IMG/VR virus record: IMGVR_UViG_3300032213_003587
Coordinates: 32,001 to 96,000 of that record
DNA from: a virus
Direction: 5' to 3' (one strand)
DNA length: 64,000 bases
Shown in pieces: positions 40,753 through 50,004 of the stretch. The translations under genes were made by a program, and so were the position numbers. Below the pieces are notes generated by a model. It saw only the letters and a program-made list of their open reading frames with translations. It did not search any database and was not told where the DNA came from. Position 1 is the first letter of the stretch. Every line of letters starts with the position of its first letter.

Positions 40753-40937
40753 GATGTCTCGCTTTCTGGAATACCAAGGTTTAGAGATTCAGCTAAACCA
40801 GCCAACAACCGGCGCGGCATAACCAATGTAGTACTGCCATTTGCCTGATTATATATGGTGAATTTGCAGACAGAACCGCTGTGTTCAACCGTTGCCCACA
40901 TGCGGTCACCGTCACGTAGTTCAAAGAATTTTTCCAT
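40731..40937 (-). CDS. Hypothetical protein
   Basis: Stop/start coupled to ligase. Confidence 0.5.
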   Translation of the reverse strand: MEKFFELRDGDRMWATVEHSGSVCKFTIYNQANGSTTLVMPRRLLAGLAESLNLGIPESETSWDLQTK

Positions 40938-42265
40938 TATTTTATATCCTTTGCTTCATCGGCCGCTGACTTGTCTGATCTAAACTCAACAAATACTGGG
41001 AGGAATAGACTCTCTGTACTTGAAGTCTTGTCCTTGATTCGGGCGTTGTATTTGACGGAAACGATTCTTCCGACGCTATTTGAAGAATTAATGCTAAGCC
41101 GATCAGCATCGCTAAAGCCCGTACCCACATTGACCCGGATACCACGACAATTAGACTCAAGCACCAGAGCACCAAGACGACCCACATTTTTTCCTGTCCC
41201 TTCTTCCCAGCCAACGACCACTAGGTCGCATTCTAGCTCGCCCTTGAACTTAATCAAGCTCTTGCTGCGTTTATTTTCCCAGATACCTTCCTGGGTCTTA
41301 AGTATGATGCCTTCCTGACCTTCGGCCAAGAAACGTTCAAATATCTGCTTGGCTTCATATTCACTGTCAATCTTTTTAGTATATACCAGACTCACATAGT
41401 GCGCAAGGTTGCGCTGTTTCTGCAGATCATCCATGCACTCATAGAGTCGAGTCAATCGCTGATTATAGGGCGTGTTGTCCACACCGGCCTCAAAACCGGA
41501 CAATGGTATGGCGTCCCAGACAGTAGCGCGTACTCGCAGGGCCTCGGCTTCACTCATGGTGCCTTTGACTGCTTTGTTCAAGATGCCATTGCCGGTTTTG
41601 CGATCTAAGATTTTTCCGGCAGCGTCAACCACAGTTAGTTCACCATCAAACACCATGTCGTCTTTGTAGAAGTTGGCCATGTGTCGGAATGGTTCTTCAA
41701 ATACTGCATTGGGTACGACAACTTCTTTACCATTGCGGCTGCGAAATTCTACCTTGCCATTTTTTACTATCGCGTTGAAGCGCATGCCATCCATTTTGAG
41801 CTGAGCAAACGCTGGCCATCGTACTCTTTCAACTAACTTGTGATCATAGGCTGACGCCAGCATGCAGGGATAGCTAGGAATAAGATCCGGCCATATTTTA
41901 TTGACTGTGGCTTCGCTAACTCCACATTTCAAGTCCTTGGCAATGATGCGTTCGATAACTCGGGCATCTACCGGAGCCACGCTCTCTAGCACAATCTTCA
42001 GGTGTTCAATACCGGCATTGCCGGTCAAGGTACGACTGCTGAGCAGATTTAGACGCAGCATGGCCTGATCCAGGGTATCCTGCTTCTTGCTAATGAGGTT
42101 GAAAGTATAGTCCGGAATCTTACGGATATAAAAATTCACGAAAGGATTGAGTGCGAGTTTGATCACCGACTTCAAAGTTTCGTTGTTGATGTTATCGCGC
42201 AGCACCTGTTCTTTGTAGAGCCGACTATTATTGCTGGCCAAGTCTTCTAGTATATCCAAGATCAT
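40937..42265 (-). CDS. gp30: ATP-dependent DNA ligase gp30
   Basis: AQLKMDGMR, FDGEL, EGIILK, KRSKSLIKFK, SLFLPVF; start set at MILDILE. Confidence 0.95.
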   Translation of the reverse strand: MILDILEDLASNNSRLYKEQVLRDNINNETLKSVIKLALNPFVNFYIRKIPDYTFNLISKKQDTLDQAMLRLNLLSSRTLTGNAGIEHLKIVLESVAPVDARVIERIIAKDLKCGVSEATVNKIWPDLIPSYPCMLASAYDHKLVERVRWPAFAQLKMDGMRFNAIVKNGKVEFRSRNGKEVVVPNAVFEEPFRHMANFYKDDMVFDGELTVVDAAGKILDRKTGNGILNKAVKGTMSEAEALRVRATVWDAIPLSGFEAGVDNTPYNQRLTRLYECMDDLQKQRNLAHYVSLVYTKKIDSEYEAKQIFERFLAEGQEGIILKTQEGIWENKRSKSLIKFKGELECDLVVVGWEEGTGKNVGRLGALVLESNCRGIRVNVGTGFSDADRLSINSSNSVGRIVSVKYNARIKDKTSSTESLFLPVFVEFRSDKSAADEAKDIK

Positions 42266-42266
42266 A

Positions 42267-42410
42267 TCAATTATCCTTGCGCACTTGACGCTGTAGTTCA
42301 CGACGAAGCTGTTCCAACACAATCTTCCAATGCTGCTTGGCCCAGGTACTGCGGGCATCGGCTAGCACTGCTTCAACGCGACTCATTCTTGCCATGGTCT
42401 GTTCAATCAT
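42267..42410 (-). CDS. Hypothetical protein
   Basis: MIEQTMAR...WAKQHW with GAGGAG RBS downstream of a promoter. Confidence 0.55.
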   Translation of the reverse strand: MIEQTMARMSRVEAVLADARSTWAKQHWKIVLEQLRRELQRQVRKDN

Positions 42411-42441
42411 ATAATCTCCTCTATCATTTGGATCATACGTC

Positions 42442-42470
42442 ATTATAGCAGAACTCGGATTGAATGTCAA
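42442..42470 (-). promoter_or_regulatory. Sigma70-type early promoter
   Basis: TTGACA-17nt-TATAAT with TG extended -10. Confidence 0.8.
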
Positions 42471-42664
42471 GCCCCGAGATGGGTATAGGGATGCACGTGT
42501 ATTTCCACACAAGCGTGCTGAGATTCGATCTTATCTCGCATGGCTGTAATTTCCGCATCGTTTTTAGCCAGGCCGCCGAAGCACCAATCACGGGTTCGCC
42601 CCATGGTGTCACGCGGAGCATATTCTATGATATAAAAGGACTGCTGTAGTTGATCAAACATCAT
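42467..42664 (-). CDS. Hypothetical protein
   Basis: Overlaps dsbA stop. Confidence 0.45.
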   Translation of the reverse strand: MMFDQLQQSFYIIEYAPRDTMGRTRDWCFGGLAKNDAEITAMRDKIESQHACVEIHVHPYTHLGA

Positions 42665-42930
42665 GAGCTCGTGGTCTGGTTGGTGATGGTTTCATACAAG
42701 GCTTCAAATTCCGCATGCTCGGCCACCTCTTCGCTGAACGTACTCTTGTGATATACTTTGACCATGCGACGGAAAATTTTCTTATCCAATTCAAACTTCT
42801 CGCAGGTGTCGGCTATGGCTTCTTTGATTAAGTCACGCTCCGCAGCAATGCGTGTCATGCTGTTGCTGATTTCCTGCATGGCTCCATTAATAGCCTTGCG
42901 GTCCGCTGGATTACTTATCTGCTTGCTCAT
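42661..42930 (-). CDS. dsbA: T4 DsbA-like double-stranded DNA-binding protein
   Basis: EISNSMTRIAAERDLIKE...KKIFRRMVKVYHK..F.E......FEALYE. Confidence 0.8.
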   Translation of the reverse strand: MSKQISNPADRKAINGAMQEISNSMTRIAAERDLIKEAIADTCEKFELDKKIFRRMVKVYHKSTFSEEVAEHAEFEALYETITNQTTSS

Positions 42931-43873
42931 TCACATCTCCATTAAAGTAAGGATTCATAATGTCTTCATAAAACTCAATCATGGTGCGCTGATTCCAGCT
43001 ATCGTAAAATGGCTGCAAGGGTTCAATACCTGCTGCGATTATATCACGAATTGGAGTTTTTGTCAAGTCTCGGCTCTCCGCATATACATGACGGAAATGC
43101 ACACTCTTATTCACCGCAATGGGCTTACGAGCTGCTAAGGCTAGATCCATGCTAGCACTCACACCTTCGCTGTTACCGATGCCGCCGTAGTCATAGTAAA
43201 AGATGTTGATGTCGTTCTGATTCATCCAGGCTACCAATTCTCGATGTTCGAGAAACGCATGCGTAATCTCAACACGGATATTGGCATTGGCCATGCTTCT
43301 AGCCTGATTGCCGATGTTTTCCGCTAGCTGCTGAGCACCGGGAATATAATCGCCAAGTGATAGATGCAGACGCAGATCAATGGGTTCTTCGGTGAACTCC
43401 GCATTTATGATGGCCATGATGTCCGGCAGCTTCTTGCCGTCGTGACCAAAGCCGCTGGTACCAATTTTTAGTCGTTCACCGGGCGGCGCGTACACGATGT
43501 CATCATAAAAGATCACTGGTCGCGGACTATGATGTCTGGGATCGGTACCCACCGGAGAGATATGAATCTCGGCCCTGGTGTTATCCAACTCAGTGAAACA
43601 ATCGTGACCGTCGATGTAGAACTGCGGTACAGCGATTCGTCGAGTAACGTCGGATGTCAGCCAGGCAGTGGTCATTGGATGCCAATTATAGAGGATGCCA
43701 TCCACCGCATACTGCTGCAGATAGTCAAACAGTTCCTGCTCACTGCCAATCTCTGCCAGATAAAAATTGTAGTTTTCCGAACCACTGAGCAGATTGAATA
43801 CATTGCTGCTATAAGCATGAATACCGCACTGGCGTCGAGGACCAGTGACAAGTATTATGTTGGGCTTACTCAT
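42911..43873 (-). CDS. Putative glycosyltransferase (paralog of 58707-59672)
   Basis: CGIHAY, IGTSGFG..GK, NDINIFYY, GVSASMDLALAARKPIAV...FRH (GT-B-like). Confidence 0.55.
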   Translation of the reverse strand: MSKPNIILVTGPRRQCGIHAYSSNVFNLLSGSENYNFYLAEIGSEQELFDYLQQYAVDGILYNWHPMTTAWLTSDVTRRIAVPQFYIDGHDCFTELDNTRAEIHISPVGTDPRHHSPRPVIFYDDIVYAPPGERLKIGTSGFGHDGKKLPDIMAIINAEFTEEPIDLRLHLSLGDYIPGAQQLAENIGNQARSMANANIRVEITHAFLEHRELVAWMNQNDINIFYYDYGGIGNSEGVSASMDLALAARKPIAVNKSVHFRHVYAESRDLTKTPIRDIIAAGIEPLQPFYDSWNQRTMIEFYEDIMNPYFNGDVNEQADK

Positions 43874-44012
43874 CGCTGCTTTCCTGGGTGCGACGTTCTT
43901 TCTTTGGACGGATCATGCTTTGAAGCTGGGCCGTAATCATGGCACGACGCAGTTCGCCGCGTTCATGCACATCGCTGATCTGCGCCAGCATGCGCTTGGT
44001 TTCTTTCTTCAT
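43866..44012 (-). CDS. Small hypothetical protein (48 aa)
   Basis: Manual translation MKKETKRMLAQISDVHERGELRRAMITAQLQSMIRPKKERRTQESSDE fills the gap. Confidence 0.45.
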   Translation of the reverse strand: MKKETKRMLAQISDVHERGELRRAMITAQLQSMIRPKKERRTQESSDE

Positions 44013-44032
44013 CTTAAATCCGGAATTTGCCT

Positions 44033-44269
44033 TCATTGCTGCTCCTTAAAGTGATTTCTAATTGCATCTTCAACCAATACACGGCCGGTGTAATCCAGGC
44101 TCATGCCATGGCGTTCTAATATGTGACGTCGGCCAACTAACGCACACTCATTGACAATCAAGTCAACAAGTCGGTCAATGGCCCGTCGATCGTATTCATC
44201 CATGTCGTCCAGACTGCCCTGAGCAGTTAGACCAGACTCATATAGTAGATTTTCTAATTTATCGTTCAT
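44033..44269 (-). CDS. Hypothetical protein, MN(D/E)RI.EL family
   Basis: MNDKLENLLYESG...LIVNECA...HF. Confidence 0.6.
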   Translation of the reverse strand: MNDKLENLLYESGLTAQGSLDDMDEYDRRAIDRLVDLIVNECALVGRRHILERHGMSLDYTGRVLVEDAIRNHFKEQQ

Positions 44270-44478
44270 TGATCAAGCCCAAAATGTTTAAGAATAGTTT
44301 TATCAATTCTGCGCTGATACTGTTCATCGGTAAATGTCAGAGGAAACAAAGAAGCACATTCCCTGACAATCAACTCGGCAAACTTTTGATTATACTTGCT
44401 CATATCGCAAATACCATTGGGACGTGATTGAACAGCATTAACTGCTTCTTCAGCAAGTTCTTTAATTCTATCGTTCAT
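44266..44478 (-). CDS. Hypothetical protein, MN(D/E)RI.EL family
   Basis: MNDRIKELAEEA...KFAELIVRECA...HFG. Confidence 0.65.
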   Translation of the reverse strand: MNDRIKELAEEAVNAVQSRPNGICDMSKYNQKFAELIVRECASLFPLTFTDEQYQRRIDKTILKHFGLDQ

Positions 44479-44481
44479 TCT

Positions 44482-44751
44482 TTAACCCTTAGGCAAGTTA
44501 TATTCTCTTTCATACTGAGAATTTACGCTTCCATCACGTTCAGGACTAGGATATTTGATGTTACTTTCTACTTCTAATCCAAATGATTTAAGTATGTTCC
44601 TCTGGTCAGCTTGGCTACCGCATCTATCAGTACATTCTCTAATAATTAACTCGGCGAACTTTTCAAGTAAATCTCTGCGGCTGCCTTCGGCATAATTATT
44701 ACCCAGGGCAATGCCGGACTGATAGGCCAGCTCTTCAATTCGTTCGTTCAT
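44482..44751 (-). CDS. Hypothetical protein, MN(D/E)RI.EL family
   Basis: MNERIEELAYQSG...KFAELIIREC...SFG. Confidence 0.65.
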   Translation of the reverse strand: MNERIEELAYQSGIALGNNYAEGSRRDLLEKFAELIIRECTDRCGSQADQRNILKSFGLEVESNIKYPSPERDGSVNSQYEREYNLPKG

Positions 44752-44889
44752 TGCCAAATGTCCTGATCCAGTCTGCTTTGAAGCCATCGATATCCTGCTG
44801 AACTCCGAGCCGAACATCAGCTACAACGTTGTGTACAACTGCACAACCTGTCATCATCAAAATGCAGCTCAATAATATAAGTTTTTCAT
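44735..44889 (-). pseudogene. Frameshifted small lipoprotein-like gene
   Basis: ATG AAA AA CTT: one extra A would give MKKLILLSCILMMTGCAVVHNVVADVRLG... Confidence 0.4.
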
Positions 44890-45263
44890 CCTCGCCTCAT
44901 AGTAGAAATGTCCTTGGCTTCTTTGTCGCTAAAGATTGGAACCATGTTACTCTTGTGCATGGTACCTATACCTATCATCTTATCGCCAGTATACTGCTGC
45001 TGCCGAACCGGAGCCGTCGTGCCCAGGCCGGTATCTACGCTGGGTATGTGGCGAGTATTGCGCTCCATGTTCATATTCTTAGGGCCAGTATATACATTGC
45101 GCTGCAATTTTCTAGCTGGCGCCACCGGATATTTTTTCTGCAACTCTGACCACGACTCGGCAAGCTGCTGCTCCTTCTGCTTGTGTTCAGAGCTGCGATA
45201 CTTCTTCTTGCCGCGACGTTTGCCGGTGGTGCTCAACCAAGGGCCTTCCAGATGCATGCTCAT
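44886..45263 (-). CDS. Conserved hypothetical protein
   Basis: YTGDKMIGIGTMHKSNMVPIF...A.DISTMRR, a family I recognise from T4-like phages. Confidence 0.7.
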   Translation of the reverse strand: MSMHLEGPWLSTTGKRRGKKKYRSSEHKQKEQQLAESWSELQKKYPVAPARKLQRNVYTGPKNMNMERNTRHIPSVDTGLGTTAPVRQQQYTGDKMIGIGTMHKSNMVPIFSDKEAKDISTMRRG

Positions 45264-45508
45264 TTTAATTTTACTGCCAGATTGAGAAACATATGAATAA
45301 TAACCACACTGCTCCAGGTACTCATATTATAGGGAATGCTGAGAGCAAACAAAGTATTCAATGCCTGAATAACCAACAATGGACCTATAATACCTATGAG
45401 CACTAAGAGTGCCAACATTACCCAAAGCATGGCGCTGCTGGATTCCGCAGAAGTAAAAGGTCGCAGTAATTTAAGCATAATATAAATCCTTTTTAATAGG
45501 GGGTACAA
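45260..45508 (-). CDS. Membrane protein
   Basis: Two or three hydrophobic segments, GPLLVIQALNTLF..IPY...W. Confidence 0.55.
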   Translation of the reverse strand: MYPLLKRIYIMLKLLRPFTSAESSSAMLWVMLALLVLIGIIGPLLVIQALNTLFALSIPYNMSTWSSVVIIHMFLNLAVKLK

Positions 45509-45690
45509 ATTTCTCGGACGCCCACCGGCTGACCACTTTCACTGTAATACTTGGGCTGAAGAGTGCAGGTACGTATGGGTTGATTGGTCTGTACACGATC
45601 ATAGAACACCTGAGTGACAGTACCATACTTGGGCAGCGGCGTGACGGCAGCCGCTACTGCTACTACTACTGGGGCTAGAGCAAAAGGCAT
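45493..45690 (-). CDS. Hypothetical protein
   Basis: Stop/start coupled. Confidence 0.45.
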   Translation of the reverse strand: MPFALAPVVVAVAAAVTPLPKYGTVTQVFYDRVQTNQPIRTCTLQPKYYSESGQPVGVREICTPY

Positions 45691-45914
45691 TATAGCGAAT
45701 CTATGGGTAGGTTGCTGGAAAACTCTGCACTAAATTCGTCGGTCATTGCATTATATTGCAGATCAGCAGCCATGTCAAATGCTTCTTCAGCCAATAGCTG
45801 AAGTTCAAAATTAATGCGGTCTTCTTCTATTTGAGCCATCCAACCATTGAACCCACCGAAGGCCGCATCCCATTCTTTAACATCAATCATTTCCATAACA
45901 ATCTCCTTATCCAT
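45690..45914 (-). CDS. Hypothetical acidic early protein
   Basis: Directly downstream of consensus promoter. Confidence 0.55.
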   Translation of the reverse strand: MDKEIVMEMIDVKEWDAAFGGFNGWMAQIEEDRINFELQLLAEEAFDMAADLQYNAMTDEFSAEFSSNLPIDSL

Positions 45915-45920
45915 ACCTAT

Positions 45921-45948
45921 ATTATAGCACCTTGCATCAAAATGTCAA
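45921..45948 (-). promoter_or_regulatory. Repeated early promoter, copy 1
   Basis: TTGACATTTTGATGCAAGGTGCTATAAT (16-nt spacer, TG extended -10). Confidence 0.8.
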
Positions 45949-45976
45949 GCAGGAAACATCAAGCAGATCAATGGGT

Positions 45977-46456
45977 CTACGCCGGCTCTTTGGCTTTCTT
46001 GGCCTTGGGCTCGGGATCTGGACCTAAAATGCCGGGAAATGCCTGGCGCACTACTGCCTCAGTAACTCCGCGATACCGGCGATGCAGTTCTTTGTCTTTG
46101 AGTGCGATAAACATATCGGCTTCAATGCCGTTGATGCCTTCGAGCATCTGGATGAAGATGTTTTCAATCTGAGTACGCTTCAGTGACTTGGGACGACGTG
46201 GATGGTCTTTGATCACCAGATACAGACGTCGCGACTCTGCATAGAAATTGGTCTCGGCCATGTTTACTGGATGCGGTGATCGTTTATACGGAGGTTCGCC
46301 TTTGGGTAGATCAAATTCCACCTTTGGATCAAAGTTCAAGGCCAGTACATACTTCAACATCTTGTTGCCTTCGAACTTTTTTAGATGTGCTACTCGTTCG
46401 GCTTCGCCCTTGATGGCGCTGACCTGTTCTAGAATTTCCGGTATCAGATAATGCAT
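45977..46456 (-). CDS. Conserved T4-like hypothetical protein downstream of rnh
   Basis: FDP..F.LP.GEPPY, E.RRLY, RTQIENIFIQMLE, KDK.L...Y. Confidence 0.7.
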   Translation of the reverse strand: MHYLIPEILEQVSAIKGEAERVAHLKKFEGNKMLKYVLALNFDPKVEFDLPKGEPPYKRSPHPVNMAETNFYAESRRLYLVIKDHPRRPKSLKRTQIENIFIQMLEGINGIEADMFIALKDKELHRRYRGVTEAVVRQAFPGILGPDPEPKAKKAKEPA

Positions 46457-47355
46457 TAAAAATCTCCCAATGATTCGATCATGTTCTTCATCTTATTTTC
46501 AATGAAGTAATTGAGCAGTTGACTGCGGTCCTTGCGTGGCTGAGTAGTCCAGGCCTCCACAATGCCGTTGCGCACTGTATCTGGTATATAGTCAAAGTCA
46601 ATGAGATAGCGATTGCGATTGAAATTGCGCTGAGTGGCATCATCCACCAAGGGTGCAAATTCGTCCGGAGTTACTTTGACCCATTCTGCGAGCTTTTTAC
46701 TGCTCACCGGTTTCTGTCGTGTCTCAGTAATAAAGCAATCATCAGGGCTAAGAATATTAGGAATGCCATCGCCTTTGTCGCCTTTAATAATATGTTCCAT
46801 CAAATAGGCATTGATGGAACCTTCGGGTTTAATCCATTTTTTATGTATGGGCGAATATTGACTGACATTCTTATAGCGTTGCAGTTGAATGAAGTCATGG
46901 TCACCGCTCAGAATAAGCACGGGCTCGGGCTCGGCTCCACCAAACATGCCATCCTGTCGCAGATTGTTGGTCTGTGTCCAGGTAGCCAGGGTGGCAATTA
47001 CGTCGTCAGCCTCGGCTCCATCCACATCAATGACCTGATAGGGAAAGAACTGATGCAGTTCCGCACGAATTTCTGCCAGCGTGTCAAAGATCAGCTTCCA
47101 ATCAAAGCCACTGTCTTGACGAGCCTTTTTACGGCTAGCCTTATAGTGTGGAAACTTATCCTTGCGCCAGTATTTGCGATTGTCGCAGGCAATGACCATT
47201 TCGCCAAACTCGTTGCCGAACTTAACTCGGTAACTGCGTATGGCATTGACAATCATGTGACGGATAAGATCCTTGCGAATCTCTACGTCGGTACGGCCTG
47301 CCAACTCCGCCATCAAGGTACTGATGGCGGTCTGATTAAAATCAACTATGATCAT
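46456..47355 (-). CDS. rnh: RNase H / 5'-3' exonuclease
   Basis: IIVDFNQ, YWRKDKFPHYKASRKK, EADDVI, SGDHDFIQL, KGDKGDGIPN. Confidence 0.95.
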   Translation of the reverse strand: MIIVDFNQTAISTLMAELAGRTDVEIRKDLIRHMIVNAIRSYRVKFGNEFGEMVIACDNRKYWRKDKFPHYKASRKKARQDSGFDWKLIFDTLAEIRAELHQFFPYQVIDVDGAEADDVIATLATWTQTNNLRQDGMFGGAEPEPVLILSGDHDFIQLQRYKNVSQYSPIHKKWIKPEGSINAYLMEHIIKGDKGDGIPNILSPDDCFITETRQKPVSSKKLAEWVKVTPDEFAPLVDDATQRNFNRNRYLIDFDYIPDTVRNGIVEAWTTQPRKDRSQLLNYFIENKMKNMIESLGDF

Positions 47356-47356
47356 T

Positions 47357-47968
47357 TTATTCTTTCGTTGCGTTGATTTGTTCTACTTTTTGTGCTTCAA
47401 TTCTATTGACTTCTTCTTCGAGTTCACGGAATGCCTTGCTGGCCTTGAACTTGGTAGCCAAACCGGCATCGCGTTTAATTTCCTGCATCAACAGACGATT
47501 GCTTTCGTCCGCACTATACTTCAGTCTTACGAATGCACGATAACCGTCTTTTTCATGCACCACTTTGAACTGATCACGATGCACACCAATCAAGTTTACC
47601 TTGGCAACCACCATCTTGGTGGTACGTTCGATGTCGGCATGCGACGCTTTGCTGGTACCACTCTGATAGGCAAAGTCCTTCATCATGGCGCTGGTATATG
47701 AACTGAAGTTAGCAGCCAATTCTCTTTTAGCACTCAACATGGCACGGTCCACAGCAAACTGAAAATTGTCGCTGTCTTCGGTAGCCACGGCATAGAGATT
47801 TTTATCTTTGGCATCGGGCTGAGCCGTATACCAGCTCGGATAATTTACTTCGTTGCTGAACATGCGCTGTCCTGGACCTTCGATTTCTACTCCGGTGTTA
47901 TATTTTACGGAACCGCATGCAGTTAATGCCAATACTAAGGGAGTTAACACGTATAATTTTTTCATCAT
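47357..47968 (-). CDS. Lipoprotein (LPP20-like)
   Basis: Lipobox LTAC-G; PSWY, A..RAMLSAKRELA, Y.AFV. Confidence 0.7.
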   Translation of the reverse strand: MMKKLYVLTPLVLALTACGSVKYNTGVEIEGPGQRMFSNEVNYPSWYTAQPDAKDKNLYAVATEDSDNFQFAVDRAMLSAKRELAANFSSYTSAMMKDFAYQSGTSKASHADIERTTKMVVAKVNLIGVHRDQFKVVHEKDGYRAFVRLKYSADESNRLLMQEIKRDAGLATKFKASKAFRELEEEVNRIEAQKVEQINATKE

Positions 47969-48702
47969 TTCCTCGATATAATTAATGGATAATTAACAAT
48001 TTTTCTACCGGTGAACGGTATACTATTTACTAGGTGCTCAAATTCCATTCTAGTATATTTCGGCCGGATTGTCAAGCTTTTTTCCGCATACAAAACTACA
48101 AGCAGTTCGCGGCTTTGATACAGTCCGTTGGGCACGGTCGCGACTAATTCGCGTTCTCCGGTCAACGAAGTTTCGGAATCAGCCGTAGATAACGCACCGG
48201 CATGCACCGTGGTATAGACATCGTCATAGAGATTGAAGATTACATAGTGGCCAGGACGATTGGCAATGGCGTTCACAGTAAAGCGTTCTCCGTGATCGAG
48301 ATCGTGCTTACTGGTTATGGTTAAATGGATTTTATTTTCTAATTTGATGACATCGGCTTGGATGTTCACAGTACAGACCGAGGATCGGTTGTCGGGTGCA
48401 ACTACAGCGGTTTTATTGATGATGCGACGAATTTGACCGGTGGTTTCGGCGTATAATTCGCGATGAGTAGAACAGGCTGCATTTCTACAGACTTCGTTGG
48501 TCTGGTATTCAATGCTTTCGCCGATGGCATTTTCTATGGCATTGCGACGAGCTCGATCTAAGGCATATTCACAGGCCACGGATTCCGCAGTATCCGGACC
48601 AAAACGATATTCGCCAGTGCCGTGCACTATGGCAGCATTGGCAGTGGCAGACAATACAAGTAACGCTGCTGCCGATCTAAATCCCACCCGCAAAATATTC
48701 AT
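47965..48702 (-). CDS. Secreted hypothetical protein
   Basis: Signal peptide; A..RARRNAIE motif similar to LPP20/FlgT-N-like domains. Confidence 0.5.
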   Translation of the reverse strand: MNILRVGFRSAAALLVLSATANAAIVHGTGEYRFGPDTAESVACEYALDRARRNAIENAIGESIEYQTNEVCRNAACSTHRELYAETTGQIRRIINKTAVVAPDNRSSVCTVNIQADVIKLENKIHLTITSKHDLDHGERFTVNAIANRPGHYVIFNLYDDVYTTVHAGALSTADSETSLTGERELVATVPNGLYQSRELLVVLYAEKSLTIRPKYTRMEFEHLVNSIPFTGRKIVNYPLIISRK

Positions 48703-48880
48703 TGACTCGCTCCCGTGCTTCTTCCAAGCTCACGGCCCATACTGTGACAGTGGCAACGCCGCCACTGATTTTCATGTCATAGGGCACTGGTCCATAAAAA
48801 TCAAATTCTTCAGGTACTGCAGTAACAATCTGCCACTGCTTCAATTCCTTCATTCTCTGCACCACATCTTCAACTTTCAT
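48677..48880 (-). CDS. Hypothetical protein
   Basis: GGAGG RBS, 67 aa. Confidence 0.55.
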   Translation of the reverse strand: MKVEDVVQRMKELKQWQIVTAVPEEFDFYGPVPYDMKISGGVATVTVWAVSLEEARERVNEYFAGGI

Positions 48881-48907
48881 GATACCTCCAGTATATATGA
48901 AATGATC

Positions 48908-49189
48908 CTAGTTGTCAAGCTTTTCTTCGTGCAGCCTTCGTTGATCGAATCGGCGTTCCTGCACAGTGCGTTCTCCATCGGCCCGACGTGGATTCATGCA
49001 CATATAGCATTTCGGATCTCCGCAGTTCAAAATTGCTTTTTTATGATTTCGATGTGGCTGATCAATGTATTTCCATTTCCGATCTTTGTGCATATTATAG
49101 GCACGAGCAATCTCCATCTGTCGCTGAATTTTAGTTTCTTTTTGATGCAGTCTTTCACTGTGATGAATTTTATCGTCTTCGTGACTCAT
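48908..49189 (-). CDS. Hypothetical Cys-rich protein
   Basis: CGDPKCYMCMNPRR..GERTVQE. Confidence 0.6.
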   Translation of the reverse strand: MSHEDDKIHHSERLHQKETKIQRQMEIARAYNMHKDRKWKYIDQPHRNHKKAILNCGDPKCYMCMNPRRADGERTVQERRFDQRRLHEEKLDN

Positions 49190-49191
49190 GT

Positions 49192-49977
49192 TTACTCCGC
49201 ATAATGGTACATCAGATCTTCCACCGTTCGTGTGCGTTGATTCACACTATCGGTGCCCAATACAATCACGCTAAACCGTCGACCGTTCTTTTCCACAATC
49301 ATGGCTAGACAACGACCGGCAGCATTGGTAAATCCGGTTTTACTTACTACGGCATTATCAAATTCAAACAGCAGTTGAAAATTGGTGTTGCGAAGATGCA
49401 CCTCTTGAAAGCGAAACTTACGACGCTGTTGCACCGGTACAGTCAGAGTTTTTTCTGCCACCGGCGATATTTCCGTAATGGCAGCATACTTCAGGGTGTG
49501 CATGAGCATCAGATTGATGTCATATACTGTAGTAACATTCAAGGCACTGCGTCCGCTGGGATCATCAAAAAAGGTGCGGTGCATGCGCAGCTCTCGGGAC
49601 TTGATGTTCATTTCTTGAATGAATGCCGAACGACCGCCGGGATGATTGCGAGCCAGATATTCTGCGGCTTCGTTGTCACTGCGGATCAGCAGATAGTTAA
49701 ATACATAACCCCGTGGCATGCTGCGTCCGCGAAATTTTACGGCTCGCTGTAGATCCGAGTCATGGTCTAAACTGACCATGGCAGTCATGAGCTTGGTTAT
49801 GCTAGCCAGGGGACGACGTTGATCGGGATTGCGCATTAGCACAGCACGATCGTCGGTCAGATTGTAGAGTAGCACACTTGGTGGGATTCTTGCAGCCGCA
49901 GGTTTTCTCTGTGGGTGTGCCGGTCGAGCAGCGGCATTTGCAGCCACAAGCAGAATTAGCAGCAGAATTTTCTTCAT
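49192..49977 (-). CDS. Peptidase S11 D-alanyl-D-alanine carboxy/endopeptidase (low-MW PBP)
   Basis: Signal peptide, SxxK (ASITK), SxN (SDN), KTG (KTGFTNAAGRCL). Confidence 0.9.
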   Translation of the reverse strand: MKKILLLILLVAANAAARPAHPQRKPAAARIPPSVLLYNLTDDRAVLMRNPDQRRPLASITKLMTAMVSLDHDSDLQRAVKFRGRSMPRGYVFNYLLIRSDNEAAEYLARNHPGGRSAFIQEMNIKSRELRMHRTFFDDPSGRSALNVTTVYDINLMLMHTLKYAAITEISPVAEKTLTVPVQQRRKFRFQEVHLRNTNFQLLFEFDNAVVSKTGFTNAAGRCLAMIVEKNGRRFSVIVLGTDSVNQRTRTVEDLMYHYAE

Positions 49978-50004
49978 TGAAGCGCATATTAGTTGGTGAT
50001 CCGG

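Noticed and set aside
46519-47376. 285-aa antisense ORF (similarly 48497-49204, 56191-56829, 61458-62318)
   Set aside because: Opposite well-supported genes; explained by codon bias; no motifs
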